64,000 bases of DNA from contig JBGQEL010000009.1 of NCBI GenBank assembly GCA_041496385.1, positions 1-64,000 of the forward strand, written 5' to 3'. The position numbers and the translations under genes are program-made. Position 1 is the stretch's first letter. Each line of letters starts with the position of its first letter. Of this stretch, positions 18,958 to 31,872 are shown one piece after another. The notes beneath the pieces were generated by a model, which was not told the DNA's origin, ran no database searches, and worked only from the letters and a program-made list of their open reading frames with translations. This DNA is from Candidatus Methylomirabilia bacterium. Its GTDB lineage: Bacteria; Methylomirabilota; Methylomirabilia; Rokubacteriales; CSP1-6.

Positions 18958-19115
18958 GCCCGCTCTAGGGGCAAGCGCGGTGCCAGGCACGGCGGTGTGA
19001 TTCGACGGGCCGTTAGCGACGACGACGCGGCGTGCCTGCCCAACGACGCAGGCGGTGTGCCCGCGTCGATGGGCGGCCGGCGCGGGCTGCTATCTCCTGC
19101 GAGGAACGAACGGAG

Positions 19116-19528
19116 CTAGCGACCCCGGCCGGCGGTCTGCAGGCGCGTCACCGAGCGCATCAGGGCTGCGGCCGCGCGCGCGTAGTCGACCGCCTCCTCG
19201 GAGCCGCGGCCGGACAGGCGTCGCTCGGACCGCTCTTTTGCGCGCTCCGCGCGGTCCCGATCGATCTCCTCTGGACCCTCGGCGGCATCGGCGAGGACGA
19301 TCACCTTGTCGTGACGGACCTCGACGAACCCCCCCGCCACCGCGAGATAGCGCTCCTCCCGCCCGATCCGGAACGTCACCTCCCCGATGCCGAGCGTGGT
19401 CAGGAACGGCGCATGGCCCGGGAGCACGCCGAAATACCCGAGAGTTCCCGGCGCCACGACCTCGTCCACCGCCTCGGCGACCACGAGGCGCATCGGTGTC
19501 GCGATCTCGAGCGTCAGCCGGTCGGCCA

Positions 19529-19529
<1 letters not shown>
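19116..19529 (-). CDS. atpC: ATP synthase F1 epsilon
   Basis: GYFGVLPGHAP, GGFVEV; operon position. Confidence 0.97.
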
Positions 19530-21825
<2,296 letters not shown>

Positions 21826-21831
21826 CGCGCG

Positions 21832-23358
21832 CTAGGCCGCCTGGACGCCCTTCGCCGCCGTGAATTCTACCTTGGCGTCGTTGATCGCCTTCGTCAGCGC
21901 TTCGCGCAGGGCGTCACCCACTTCCTTCTTGGTCCGGATCTCGCCGAGGATCTCGGGCCGCTTCCGCTCGAGCCAGCCGTGGAAGAACGTCTCGAACTCG
22001 CGGATGGCGTCGACCGGGAGGTCGTCCAGCAGCCCCTGCGTGCCCGCGAAGATCACCGCCACCTGTTTCTCGACAGACAGCGGCTGGTACTGCCCCTGCT
22101 TGAGGAGCTCGACCATGCGCTGGCCGCGCGCGAGCTGCACCTGCGTCGCGCGGTCGAGGTCCGATCCGAACTGGGCGAAGGCGGCCAGCTCGCGGTACTG
22201 CGCGAGGTCGAGCCGCAGCTTGCCCGCGACCTGCCGCATCGCCTTGACCTGCGCGGAGCCGCCGACGCGCGACACGGAGAGGCCGACGTTCACGGCCGGC
22301 CGGATGCCGCCGTAAAAGAGGTCGGACTCGAGGTAGATCTGGCCATCCGTGATCGAGATGACGTTGGTCGGGATGTACGCCGACACGTCGCCGAGCTGGG
22401 TCTCGATGATCGGCAGCGCGGTGAGCGAGCCGCCGCCGAGCTCGTCGTTGAGCTTGGCCGCGCGCTCGAGGAGCCGGGAGTGGAGGTAGAAGACGTCGCC
22501 CGGATACGCCTCGCGTCCCGGCGGCCGGCGGAGCAGGAGCGAGAGCTGGCGGTAGGCCGTGGCGTGCTTGGAGAGGTCGTCGTAGATGCAGAGCGCGTGG
22601 CGCTTGCTGTCCCGGAAGAACTCTCCCATCGTCACGCCCGCGTATGGGGCGACGTACTGTAGCGGCGCCGGCTCCGAGGCCGAGGCGACGACAACGGTCG
22701 TGTACTTCATGGCGCCGGCATCCTCGAGCACCTTCACCACCTGGGCCACCGTCGATCGCTTCTGGCCGATGGCGACGTAGAAGCAGAAGACGTCCTGGCC
22801 CTTCTGGTTGATGATGGTGTCGACGCCGATCGCGGTCTTGCCGGTGCCGCGGTCGCCGATGATCAACTCGCGCTGGCCGCGCCCGATCGGGATCATGGCG
22901 TCGATCGCCTTGAGCCCTGTCTGGAGCGGCTCCTTGACGCCGCGGCGGTCCACCACCCCCGGCGCGTACCGCTCGATCGGCCGGAACTCCTTGGTGTTGA
23001 TCGCGCCCTTGCCGTCCACGGGCAGCCCGAGCGCGTTGACGACGCGCCCGACGAGTGCCTCGCCCACCGGCACCTGCGCGATCCGGCTGGTGCGCTTGAC
23101 GACGTCGCCCTCCTTGATGAGCGTGTCGTCACCCAGGAGCACGGCGCCGACCTGGTCCTGCTCCAGGTTCAGCACCATACCCACGACGTCGCCGGGGAAC
23201 TGGAGGAGCTCGCCGGCCATCGCCCGATCGAGCCCGTAGATGCGCGCGATACCGTCGCCGACCTCGATGACGCGACCGACCTCCTGGAGGTCGACCTCGG
23301 ATTCGTAGCCCGCGAGCTGGCGCTTGATGATCTCGCTGATCTCTCCGGCCTTGATCAT
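21832..23358 (-). CDS. atpA: ATP synthase F1 alpha
   Basis: [31 protein letters not shown]. Confidence 0.99.
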   Translation of the reverse strand: MIKAGEISEIIKRQLAGYESEVDLQEVGRVIEVGDGIARIYGLDRAMAGELLQFPGDVVGMVLNLEQDQVGAVLLGDDTLIKEGDVVKRTSRIAQVPVGEALVGRVVNALGLPVDGKGAINTKEFRPIERYAPGVVDRRGVKEPLQTGLKAIDAMIPIGRGQRELIIGDRGTGKTAIGVDTIINQKGQDVFCFYVAIGQKRSTVAQVVKVLEDAGAMKYTTVVVASASEPAPLQYVAPYAGVTMGEFFRDSKRHALCIYDDLSKHATAYRQLSLLLRRPPGREAYPGDVFYLHSRLLERAAKLNDELGGGSLTALPIIETQLGDVSAYIPTNVISITDGQIYLESDLFYGGIRPAVNVGLSVSRVGGSAQVKAMRQVAGKLRLDLAQYRELAAFAQFGSDLDRATQVQLARGQRMVELLKQGQYQPLSVEKQVAVIFAGTQGLLDDLPVDAIREFETFFHGWLERKRPEILGEIRTKKEVGDALREALTKAINDAKVEFTAAKGVQAA

Positions 23359-23361
23359 TCC

Positions 23362-23910
23362 CTACCCTTTCACCAGCCGTTCGCGCATCCGCGCGAGCTG
23401 GCCGTCCAGGCTGCCGTCGACGAGCAGGCTCCCGATCTCCGCCACGAAGCCGCCGAGCAGCCCACGGTCCACGACCTCCTCGAGCACGATCTGCTTGCCG
23501 CCGAGCGCGCGGCCCAGGCGACCGGTGAGCGCCGCGCGCTCAGAATCGGACAGCGCCACCGCGGTGCGTACACGGGCGCGCACCCGTCCCGCGGCGTCCT
23601 CCTGAAGACCCCGGAAGGCCTCGACGATCGCGGCCAGGTGCTCCGTCCGTCCCCGCGCGGCGACGAGGGCCAGGAAGTCGCGCGTGAGCTGGGAGAGCTG
23701 CATGCGCGTCGCGATCTCGGCGGCGACCGTGCGCTTGGTCACGGCGGCGATCCAGGGGCGGGCGAAGAACGCGCGCAGCTCCGCCTCGTCCCGAAGCAGC
23801 GTCGCGAGCGACTCGATTTCGGCCGCAACCGTGTCGAGCTGGTTGCGCTCCCGGGCGAGCTCGAAGAGCGCTTTCGCGTAGGAGCGGGCGACGCCGGCGG
23901 CGGCTCTCAC
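23362..23910 (-). CDS. atpH: ATP synthase F1 delta
   Basis: ARSYAKALF, LLGG, DGSL. Confidence 0.96.
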   Translation of the reverse strand: MRAAAGVARSYAKALFELARERNQLDTVAAEIESLATLLRDEAELRAFFARPWIAAVTKRTVAAEIATRMQLSQLTRDFLALVAARGRTEHLAAIVEAFRGLQEDAAGRVRARVRTAVALSDSERAALTGRLGRALGGKQIVLEEVVDRGLLGGFVAEIGSLLVDGSLDGQLARMRERLVKG

Positions 23911-24513
23911 CTAGTTCCCGACCCTGGAGATGGCCTCGTCGACGATGCGGCGGTGCTCCTCGTCCCGGAGGCTCTTCCGGATGAGCTTCTCGGCCACCGC
24001 CGTCGCCAGGTCGCCGACCTCGCGCCGGAGCTCTTCACGGGCCCGCCGCACGTCGGCGTCCAACTGCGCCTTCGCGGTCTCCACGAGCCGTTGCGACTCC
24101 GCCCGCGCGGCATCCACGAGCCGCCGCTGCTCGTCGGCCGCATCCTTCAGCGCCTGGGCGCGGATCGAGGCGGCCTCGGCGTGCGCCGCGCGCAACCGCG
24201 TCTCGTTCTCCGCCTGCTGCCGCGACGCCTCGGCGCGGGCCGCCTGCGCCTCCTCGAGCGACTTGCGGATGGCCTCGCTGCGCTCCTCCATCTTCGCCAG
24301 CAGCGGCTTGTAGAGAAGCTTCATGAGGATCACGAGCAGGATGACGAAGTTGACGACCTGGACGATCAGCGATTTATCGAGGCTGATGAGGCCGCCCTCG
24401 TGACCGCCACCCTCGCTGGCCGCCCGGACCAGGCCGGGCCACACGAGCATCAGGGCCAGCGCCGACACGACACACACGATGCCGCCGATCCACACGCGTT
24501 CCCGTTGAAACAT
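23911..24513 (-). CDS. atpF: ATP synthase F0 subunit b with N-terminal extension
   Basis: QVVNFVILLVIL..LYKPL then long coiled coil; GGAG RBS. Confidence 0.93.
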   Translation of the reverse strand: MFQRERVWIGGIVCVVSALALMLVWPGLVRAASEGGGHEGGLISLDKSLIVQVVNFVILLVILMKLLYKPLLAKMEERSEAIRKSLEEAQAARAEASRQQAENETRLRAAHAEAASIRAQALKDAADEQRRLVDAARAESQRLVETAKAQLDADVRRAREELRREVGDLATAVAEKLIRKSLRDEEHRRIVDEAISRVGN

Positions 24514-24560
24514 GAGGAGGCTCTCCCCGATCTCGTGATGCTCGACGAAGGTTTGTGAAA

Positions 24561-24588
24561 ACTATCACTCAACCGCGCCCGGTGTCAA
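24561..24588 (-). promoter_or_regulatory. Putative sigma70 promoter of atp operon
   Basis: TTGACA-N16-GATAGT. Confidence 0.55.
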
Positions 24589-24597
24589 TCGCCCGGG

Positions 24598-25680
24598 CTA
24601 GTGTTCGATGACCCCGCCCCCCACCACCGTATCGTCCTGATAGAAGACGACCGACTGGCCCGGCGTGATCGCTCGCTGCGGCTCGTCGAAGACGACCTCC
24701 GCGCCGTCGTCATCGAGCACGCGCACCGTCGCGGGCGCCGGCCGGTGCTTGTGACGGATCTTCGCCTCGACGCGGATCGGCCCGTCGGGCGGATCGCACG
24801 CGATGAAGTTCACCGCGCGCGCCACGAGTCGGTCGCGCTCGAGCGCTCCCCCGTCACCGACGGTGACCGTGTTGCGCTCGGCGTCGAGCCCGACGACGTA
24901 GAGAGGCCGGCCCGCGCTCAGGCCGAGGCCTTTGCGCTGGCCGATCGTATAGGCGGCGACACCCGCATGGCGTCCGAGCACGTGCCCCTGCCCGTCCACG
25001 ATCGGACCCGGAGTGAGCATGCCGGCGTCCCGGCCCCGCAGAAACGCTCGGTAGTCGTCGTCGGGGACGAAGCAGATCTCCTGGCTCTCCGGTTTGTCGG
25101 CCGTGACCAGGCCGAGCCGGCGCGCATGCTCGCGCACCTGGTCCTTGGTCAGCTCGCCGACCGGAAACCGCGCGGCGGCGAGCTGGTCCTGCGTGAGGGG
25201 CCAGAGAAAATCGCTCTGGTCCTTGTCCTCGGCGCGCGCGCGCAGGAGCCGGTGGCGCGCGGTGCGACCGTCCTGCGCGACGCGCGCATAGTGCCCGGTG
25301 GCGACGGCGGCGGCGTCCCACGCGCGCGCCCGCGCCAGGAGCGAGCCGAACTTGAGCTCGCTGTTGCACGCGACGCACGGCACGGGCGTCCGACCGCGTC
25401 GGTACTCTTCGATGAAGCGGCCCACGACGGAGCGCTCGAACTCCTCCTCCATGTTGAGCACGTAGTACGGGATGCCGAGCGTTCGCGCGACCTGGCGGGC
25501 GTCGTCCACGGCCTCCGTCCCGCAGCAGCTTCCGAACCGTTTGGTCGCTTCCGTCGGCTCGGCCCAGGCCCAGACACGCATGGTGACACCGACCACGTCG
25601 TAGCCCTGCTCGACGAGCAGCGCGGCGGCGACGGACGAATCGACACCCCCGCTCATACCCACGACGATGCGCTGTGTCAT
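24598..25680 (-). CDS. mnmA: tRNA-specific 2-thiouridylase
   Basis: VGMSGGVDSS, TPVPCVACN, ATGHYA, KDQS, ESQEICF, YTIGQRKGL, ITPGQS. Confidence 0.97.
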   Translation of the reverse strand: MTQRIVVGMSGGVDSSVAAALLVEQGYDVVGVTMRVWAWAEPTEATKRFGSCCGTEAVDDARQVARTLGIPYYVLNMEEEFERSVVGRFIEEYRRGRTPVPCVACNSELKFGSLLARARAWDAAAVATGHYARVAQDGRTARHRLLRARAEDKDQSDFLWPLTQDQLAAARFPVGELTKDQVREHARRLGLVTADKPESQEICFVPDDDYRAFLRGRDAGMLTPGPIVDGQGHVLGRHAGVAAYTIGQRKGLGLSAGRPLYVVGLDAERNTVTVGDGGALERDRLVARAVNFIACDPPDGPIRVEAKIRHKHRPAPATVRVLDDDGAEVVFDEPQRAITPGQSVVFYQDDTVVGGGVIEH

Positions 25681-25688
25681 CGGCCTCT

Positions 25689-26555
25689 TCAGTGTCTCGC
25701 GCCGAGCAATTCTGACAGACGCTCGAGTTCGTCCGGGGTCGCGTACACGATCTCGATCTTGCCCTTCCGGTCGTTCCCCACGATCCTCACACGCGTCATC
25801 AGCGCGCGCTGGAGATCGTCTTCGAGCGCCGCCAGCTCGACGGAGCGCCGGCGCCCTTTCCGCGGGGCCACGCCCGGCTCTCTTCCGAGGGTCTCGACGG
25901 CGCGGATCCAGTCTTCGGTGGCCCGGACGGACCAGTCGTTCTCGAGGATCTCGTCGCGCAGCCGAAGCTGCTGGACGGCGGTCCCGAGCGCGAGCAGCGC
26001 CCGCGCGTGCCCCATCGTAAGCCGCCCGCTTCGCAGATCGCCCTGAATCTCTGCGGGGAGCCTCAGGAGCCGGAGGGAGTTCGCGATCGAGCTCCGATCT
26101 CGCCCGATTCGCTGGGCGAGATCTTCCTGGGTCCAACTGAACTGTGCCAGAAGCTTCTGGTACGCCTCGGCCTCCTCGATCGGATTCAGATCCTCTCTGA
26201 GAAGATTCTCCACGAGCGCGAGCTCCAGGCTCTGCGCGTCGGTGGCCTCCCGCACGATCGCGGGGATGCGTTCAAGCCCGGCCTGCCGTGCGGCGCGCCA
26301 GCGCCGCTCGCCGGCGATGAGCTGATAGCCCGACCCGTGGCGACGCACGATCACCGGCTGGATCACTCCCGACGACCGTATCGATATTGCTAGATCTTCT
26401 AAGGCCTTGGAATCAAAGTCTTTTCTTGGTTGATTCGGGTTTGCGTCGATCTGGTCCACCGGAACTTCGATCTGAACGTCTTCAGCGGTTGGAGTCCCCG
26501 CCGGGGTGGACGAGAGCAGGGCGCCAAGACCTCGACCGAGCCCGCGCTTATTCAT
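25689..26555 (-). CDS. parB: Chromosome partitioning protein ParB
   Basis: GLGRGLGALL, NPNQPRK, IAGERRWRAA, ENLLREDLNPIEEA. Confidence 0.97.
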   Translation of the reverse strand: MNKRGLGRGLGALLSSTPAGTPTAEDVQIEVPVDQIDANPNQPRKDFDSKALEDLAISIRSSGVIQPVIVRRHGSGYQLIAGERRWRAARQAGLERIPAIVREATDAQSLELALVENLLREDLNPIEEAEAYQKLLAQFSWTQEDLAQRIGRDRSSIANSLRLLRLPAEIQGDLRSGRLTMGHARALLALGTAVQQLRLRDEILENDWSVRATEDWIRAVETLGREPGVAPRKGRRRSVELAALEDDLQRALMTRVRIVGNDRKGKIEIVYATPDELERLSELLGARH

Positions 26556-27309
26556 GCCTCAGCACCTCCCGGGTGAGCTCGAGATATGCGATCGAGCCGC
26601 TCGAGCGAAGGTCGTGGAGCATTATCGGCTTCCCGTGGCTAGGAGCCTCGGTGAGTCGGATGTTGCGGGGAATCACTGTGTCGAAGATCTCGCCCGGAAA
26701 GTAGCTACGAACTTCGTCGCGGATCTGGAGCGCCAGACTGGTCCTGCCGTCGAACATCGTCAGCACTATGCCCTCGATGCCGAGACGGGGATTCAGGCGC
26801 TCGCGTACGAGCTTCACGGTCGTAAGAAGGTGCGTGAGCCCTTCGAGCGCATAGAATTCGCACTGGAGAGGCACGAGGACTCTATCAGAGGCCACCAGGG
26901 CGTTGATCGTCAGCAACCCCAACGAGGGGGGACAATCGATGATAATGAATTCGTAGGCTCCGGCAATCGGCTTGAGCGCCTCTCGCAGGCGGTACTCGCG
27001 CTGGTCCATCGAAACTAGCTCGATTTCGGCGCCCACCAGGTCGATGTCAGAAGGCAGCAGCTTCAGATGGGAAAGAGCCGTCTCCCGGACGGCCTTTGCT
27101 ACCGGCTCGTTACCGAGAAGCACGTGATAGACCGTGGGGTACAGGCCGGCCTTCTGTACCCCCAATCCGCTTGTGGCATTGCCTTGGGGATCCAGATCGA
27201 CGAGTAATGTCGCGCGTTCGGCCAGAGCCAACCCCGCGGCAAGGTTTACCGCGGTCGTTGTCTTTCCGACACCACCCTTCTGATTGACGATCGCGAGGGT
27301 CTTTCCGAT
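26548..27309 (-). CDS. parA: Chromosome partitioning ATPase ParA/Soj
   Basis: NQKGGVGKTT, DLDPQGNAT, IDCPPSLG, IPRNIRLTEAPSHG; start likely ATC 27309 (or TTG 27354). Confidence 0.96.
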   Translation of the reverse strand: MGKTLAIVNQKGGVGKTTTAVNLAAGLALAERATLLVDLDPQGNATSGLGVQKAGLYPTVYHVLLGNEPVAKAVRETALSHLKLLPSDIDLVGAEIELVSMDQREYRLREALKPIAGAYEFIIIDCPPSLGLLTINALVASDRVLVPLQCEFYALEGLTHLLTTVKLVRERLNPRLGIEGIVLTMFDGRTSLALQIRDEVRSYFPGEIFDTVIPRNIRLTEAPSHGKPIMLHDLRSSGSIAYLELTREVLRHE

Positions 27310-27341
27310 GTAGCTATCCCCCGTATCTGGCCCCAGTTGGA

Positions 27342-27400
27342 TGTTCCACGACAAACACAGCTATACACATGACGTCATGTCTGGTGTTCCACGACCAACA
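27342..27400. repeat. Two parS-like 16-mers TGTTCCACGAC(A/C)AACA
   Basis: Copies at 27342-27357 and 27385-27400 between rsmG and parA; 2-3 mismatches to the TGTT(T/C)CACGTG(A/G)AACA consensus. Confidence 0.65.
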
Positions 27401-27425
27401 CTTTGGGGCCTATGGCCTCTCCGGG

Positions 27426-28043
27426 TCAAGAATGACGATAGACGAGAAACCGCCGCGTCATTCCATGGGCGCGTCCCTCGACATTGACCCAGTCACCAAG
27501 AGGCATCTCGGTTGGCCTCGGTGGGCCGGATGCGACCACAAGTCCTGGCTTCGCGACAAGCCTCGAAGCTATCGGAAGCAGCGTTTTGCTATCGCCGGCG
27601 CATCGCATGACGACGGCGTCGAAGCGTCCCTCAAGCTCGCTCATCGATTCCTCGATGCGTCCACCCAAGACGCGCGAATTCTCGAGGCCGAGCTCCCGGA
27701 TTACCGTCGTGAGAAACGAGACGCGGCGGCGGCGAGCCTCGACCAGCACCAGACTGAGGTCGGGTCTCACGATCTTGATTGGAACTCCTGGAATCCCCGC
27801 CCCGGAGCCGAGATCGAGAATCGATCCCAAGGATGGGGGGAGGACCCGTAGAAATAGGAGACTGTCCAGGAAAAGGTTTTCGACGATCCAGCCGGGCCTG
27901 TCGGAACCCACGAGGCGCTGGGATTTCTGCCATTTAATCAATAATATTAGATATTTGCTGAACAAGACTCGTTCGTGGTGGCTCAGCGGTCGGCCCAGAA
28001 TCGTCGCCGCTCCCCGCGCGAGAGCATCCAGCGGATCTGTCAC
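27426..28043 (-). CDS. rsmG: 16S rRNA m7G527 methyltransferase
   Basis: LDLGSGAGIPG, VEARRRRVSFL; synteny mnmE-rsmG-parA. Confidence 0.92.
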   Translation of the reverse strand: MTDPLDALARGAATILGRPLSHHERVLFSKYLILLIKWQKSQRLVGSDRPGWIVENLFLDSLLFLRVLPPSLGSILDLGSGAGIPGVPIKIVRPDLSLVLVEARRRRVSFLTTVIRELGLENSRVLGGRIEESMSELEGRFDAVVMRCAGDSKTLLPIASRLVAKPGLVVASGPPRPTEMPLGDWVNVEGRAHGMTRRFLVYRHS

Positions 28044-29401
28044 TTGCCGAGGCAGAACGTCGCGAAGATCCGGTCGAGCACGGAATCACCGACGTCGATA
28101 CCGAGGATCGAGCTGGCCTGTTCGAGAGCATCTCGCAGGTCCACGAGTGCGACCTCCAGCGGGGCGTGGCCGATCGAGGCCTCGCTCGAAGCCAGCGCCC
28201 TACCGAGCGCCTCGAGCATCTCGAGTTGCCGGAGCGATGCGACGACGCCGCCCTCATCGCCCGCGGTCGACGTCCGAGCGCGGATCTCGGTCTCGAGCCG
28301 CTCGACGAGCGCGTCCACGCCGGACCCCGTGACGGCCGACACGTCGAGCGCGCCGGCCAGGGTCGCGCCGGCGGGGTGCGGGGAAAGATCGCTCTTGCTG
28401 CGCACGACGACGCGCGCACGGCCCCGGGTCTCCTCCAGCACGGCGGCGGCGGGCGGCAGGCTGCCGTCGAGAACGACGAGCAGCAGGTCGCTCTCCGCGA
28501 TCGCGAGGCGGCTACGCCGGATGCCCTCGGCCTCGATCGCGTCGCGTGGTTGATCGAGACCCGCGGTGTCGAGAAGGCGCACGGGGACACCCGCGAGCAC
28601 GATCGCGCTCTCGACGACGTCGCGCGTGGTGCCGGGAAGGGGGGAAACGATGGCGCGGTCCCGCCCCACGAGCGCGTTCAGCAGGCTGGATTTCCCCGCG
28701 TTCGGCGGGCCGACGATGGAGACGCTCAGGCCCTCGTGCACGAGCCGCGCGCGGCGACTCGCGTCGAGCCGTCGAGCGACATCGGCACGCAGACGCGCGA
28801 TCGCGGCCCGGGCCTTTTCCACGTCGAGACCCACGTGCTCCTCCGGGAAGTCGAGCGTGACCTCCAGGCCGGCGACGAGGTCGAGCAGGTCCTCTCGGAG
28901 TGCGCGGATCTCCGACGAGATCTCGCCGTCCAGCGCGCGCGCGGCGAGCATCAGCGCGCGCTCCGTCCGGGCGCCGATCAGCAGGGCCACGGCCTCGGCC
29001 TGGGCAAGATCGATCCGGCCGTTCAGGAACGCGCGGCGGGTGAATTCGCCGGGCTCGGCGAGGCGGGCGCCGGCAGCGATCAGCCGGCGCGTCACGAGTC
29101 CGAGCAACGCGGGCGAGCCGTGGCACGAGAGCTCCACCACATCGTCGCCGGTATACGAGCGCGGAGCGCGCATCACGACACAGAGGGCATCGTCCACGGG
29201 CGCGCCGGTCTCCGGATCCACGACGGTCACGCGCCGGAGGGTGTGGGACGGAGCCTGCGCCAGCCGCTCGCCGGACCTCAGAACGCTCGCGACGGTCGGG
29301 ACGGCCGCCGGCCCGCTCACGCGCACGACACCGACGGCGCTCTCGCCCGCCGCCGTCGCGACGGCGACGATGGTGTCCCCCGCGCGCCGGACCTCAGGCG
29401 T
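28040..29401 (-). CDS. mnmE: tRNA modification GTPase MnmE/TrmE
   Basis: DTIVAVATAAGESAVGVVRVSG, PRSYTGDDVVE, GPPNAGKSS, DTAG, FCLGK C-terminus; start non-canonical (see findings). Confidence 0.95.
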   Translation of the reverse strand, partial: TPEVRRAGDTIVAVATAAGESAVGVVRVSGPAAVPTVASVLRSGERLAQAPSHTLRRVTVVDPETGAPVDDALCVVMRAPRSYTGDDVVELSCHGSPALLGLVTRRLIAAGARLAEPGEFTRRAFLNGRIDLAQAEAVALLIGARTERALMLAARALDGEISSEIRALREDLLDLVAGLEVTLDFPEEHVGLDVEKARAAIARLRADVARRLDASRRARLVHEGLSVSIVGPPNAGKSSLLNALVGRDRAIVSPLPGTTRDVVESAIVLAGVPVRLLDTAGLDQPRDAIEAEGIRRSRLAIAESDLLLVVLDGSLPPAAAVLEETRGRARVVVRSKSDLSPHPAGATLAGALDVSAVTGSGVDALVERLETEIRARTSTAGDEGGVVASLRQLEMLEALGRALASSEASIGHAPLEVALVDLRDALEQASSILGIDVGDSVLDRIFATFCLGK

Positions 29402-31106
29402 CTTTTGCCTCGCGGGCCGCCCGGGCGGCCCGGTCCATGTACCACTGCTGAAGAACCTGGAGAACGTTCGACACCGTCCAATAGAGCACGAGCCCCGACG
29501 CCAGGTTGACGAACATCATGGTGAAGAACGCCGGCATGATCAGGAGCATGATTTTCTGCTGCCTCGGATCACCGGTCGTCGGCGTCATCTTCTGCTGCAC
29601 GAACATCGTGATGCCCATCAGGACCGGCAGAACGTAGGTCGGGTCGTGGGCCGCGAGATCGCAGATCCAGATGTCCTCGCCGAACAGTCGCCCGAAACAG
29701 AGGAACTTCGCGTTCTGCAGATCGACCGACACCGAGAGCGCGAGATAGAGGGCGTAGAAGATCGGAATCTGCGCGATCATCGGCAGACACCCGCCCATCG
29801 GGTTGACCTTGTATTTCTTGTAGAGCTCGAGCGTCTCTCGCTGGAGGCGCTGCGGGTCGCCCTTGTATTTGCTGCGCAGCGCGTTGACCTGGGGCTGGAG
29901 CGTCTGCATCGCCTTCATGGACCGCATGCTCTTCACGGTGAGGGGATAGAAGAGCACCTTCGACAGCACGGTGAGCAGGATGATGGCGATCCCGAAGTTG
30001 CCGACGTACCTGTACACCCAGTTCATGAGGAGGAGGATCGGGACGCCGAGCCACTCCATCGGCAGCCCTCCCCACTTCCTGGGCACCGGAAAGCCACCGA
30101 AGTTGATCGTGTCCTGCAGCCCGAGCGCGCGGAGGCGCTCGTACTCCTTGGGCCCGGCGTACACCAGCACGCGGCCCTCCCACGCCTGACCTGGCGCGAT
30201 CGTCGGGGTCGCGCGGACGACGAGCGCGGCACGGCCCGCGGGGACCTTGTCGCCGTTCTTCACCTCGGGGATCTTGCCTTCCGCCGTCGCGATCAGCTTG
30301 AAGCCCGGCGTCTTCGGCATGAAGGCGGCGAGGTAGAACACGCTGTCCAGGGCGATCCATTCACCGTCGCCCTCAGCCTTGCTGATCGCCGCCGTCAGGT
30401 CGTCGATCCGCTGGACATGCCCGCCCTCGGACCAGACGATCTCCGTAGGGTGCTGGCCCGTGAATTTCTCGCTGCCGGGAGGCCACTTCTGGCGAGTGAG
30501 CCAGGGGAGGCTCACCGCGACCGTGCGGGGTGCCGGGCCGGGATTCTCGACGCGCAGCTCGACGTCGATCACGTACCCGTCCGCGTGAAAGCCGAGCGAC
30601 TGTCGGATGCGGACGCCGTGCGCCGCCCCGTCGAGGACGAGCCGCTCGCCGGGCCGGTCGGCGCTCACGACGAGGCGCTCGGCATTGACCGTCATCGGAA
30701 CGACTTCTTCCGGCTGTCGAGGGTCGGCCGCGACCAGGAGCCCGGCCGGGCCGAGATCTCCGACCAGCACCATCGGTTTTTCACCCCGGAACTTGAGGAC
30801 GAACTCCTGAAGTTTGCCGCCCTCGCTGCTCACGACGGCACGATAGAGCGGCGCCTCGACGGCGACGAGGCGCTGAGGTGGGCGCGGGGTCTGTGCAACC
30901 GGCTGGACGGTCGTCGTCCTCGGCGGTGCCGCCGGCGCGGGCGCGGGCGCCGAGGCGCTAGGCGCGGCCGGGGCGGGGGCGGGGACGGCTGGCCCTGGCG
31001 GCGCCTTCTGAGCAGGCTCCTGGCTCGTCGGGAAAAAGAACGTCTGGTAGACGATCAGGAGCGCCGCCATCAGCACGGCGGCAAGGATCGCGCGCTTCTC
31101 CATCAT
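29394..31106 (-). CDS. yidC: Membrane protein insertase YidC
   Basis: [25 protein letters not shown]; large periplasmic domain. Confidence 0.97.
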   Translation of the reverse strand: MMEKRAILAAVLMAALLIVYQTFFFPTSQEPAQKAPPGPAVPAPAPAAPSASAPAPAPAAPPRTTTVQPVAQTPRPPQRLVAVEAPLYRAVVSSEGGKLQEFVLKFRGEKPMVLVGDLGPAGLLVAADPRQPEEVVPMTVNAERLVVSADRPGERLVLDGAAHGVRIRQSLGFHADGYVIDVELRVENPGPAPRTVAVSLPWLTRQKWPPGSEKFTGQHPTEIVWSEGGHVQRIDDLTAAISKAEGDGEWIALDSVFYLAAFMPKTPGFKLIATAEGKIPEVKNGDKVPAGRAALVVRATPTIAPGQAWEGRVLVYAGPKEYERLRALGLQDTINFGGFPVPRKWGGLPMEWLGVPILLLMNWVYRYVGNFGIAIILLTVLSKVLFYPLTVKSMRSMKAMQTLQPQVNALRSKYKGDPQRLQRETLELYKKYKVNPMGGCLPMIAQIPIFYALYLALSVSVDLQNAKFLCFGRLFGEDIWICDLAAHDPTYVLPVLMGITMFVQQKMTPTTGDPRQQKIMLLIMPAFFTMMFVNLASGLVLYWTVSNVLQVLQQWYMDRAARAAREAKDA

Positions 31107-31333
31107 CGGCGGCGGCGCTCGCGCACGGGCGGCGGGTCATAGCCACCGGGGTGGAAAGGATGGCAGCAGAGCACGCGCCGGAGCGCGAGCCAGGCGCCGC
31201 GCGCCGGCCCGTGCTCGGCCACCGCGAGCTTGGCGTACTCCGAGCACGTCGGCGCGAAACGACACGCCCGCGGGAGCAGGGGGGACAGCACCCGCTGGTA
31301 CGCGGTGATGAGGGCGACGGCGGCGCGCGTCAT
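31103..31333 (-). CDS. yidD: Membrane protein insertion efficiency factor
   Basis: [21 protein letters not shown]. Confidence 0.96.
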   Translation of the reverse strand: MTRAAVALITAYQRVLSPLLPRACRFAPTCSEYAKLAVAEHGPARGAWLALRRVLCCHPFHPGGYDPPPVRERRRR

Positions 31334-31677
31334 GCGCGCGGTCCCGGAATCGCCGCGAAGGCGCCACGTAGCTCCTCGGCGATCGCCCCGAAGCGCTCGC
31401 GGAGCGCTCCGGGCTTGGCGATGATCACGAGGGCGATGCTCGCGGGCGCGGCATCCCGCGCCAGGCGGTACGCCTCGCGCAGTCGCCGCCGCGCCCGGTT
31501 CTTCTGGACGGCCGTGCGCACCTGCCGGCTCACCGCGAAGCCCGCGCGCCGCGGCGCGGTGCTCTCGCGCCAGAGAACGATCATGGATGGTCGATCAATC
31601 CGTTTGCCCCGCTGGAAGAGCGCCTGGAAATCGGCGCCTGTGGTCAACCGCTCGCGTCGAGGAAAGGGGCCGGTCAG
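31330..31677 (-). CDS. rnpA: Ribonuclease P protein component
   Basis: [28 protein letters not shown]; start probably CTG overlapping rpmH stop. Confidence 0.92.
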   Translation of the reverse strand: MTGPFPRRERLTTGADFQALFQRGKRIDRPSMIVLWRESTAPRRAGFAVSRQVRTAVQKNRARRRLREAYRLARDAAPASIALVIIAKPGALRERFGAIAEELRGAFAAIPGPRA

Positions 31678-31808
31678 ACGGTCAGCCGTTTCCGCCCCTT
31701 CGCGCGCCGTCGCTTCAACACCTTCCGCCCGCCTTTTGTCTTCATCCGCGCGCGGAAGCCGTGCGTCTTCTTCCGGCGGCGTACATTCGGCTGAAACGTC
31801 CGCTTCAT
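31674..31808 (-). CDS. rpmH: 50S ribosomal protein L34
   Basis: [22 protein letters not shown]. Confidence 0.98.
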   Translation of the reverse strand: MKRTFQPNVRRRKKTHGFRARMKTKGGRKVLKRRRAKGRKRLTV

Positions 31809-31843
31809 CCGCGCGCTCCTCCTTGCGATCGTCGAACCGAGAC

Positions 31844-31872
31844 AGTGTAGACAGCACCTCATAGCGAGTCAA
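31844..31872 (-). promoter_or_regulatory. Putative sigma70 promoter of rpmH operon
   Basis: TTGACT-N17-TACACT. Confidence 0.65.
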
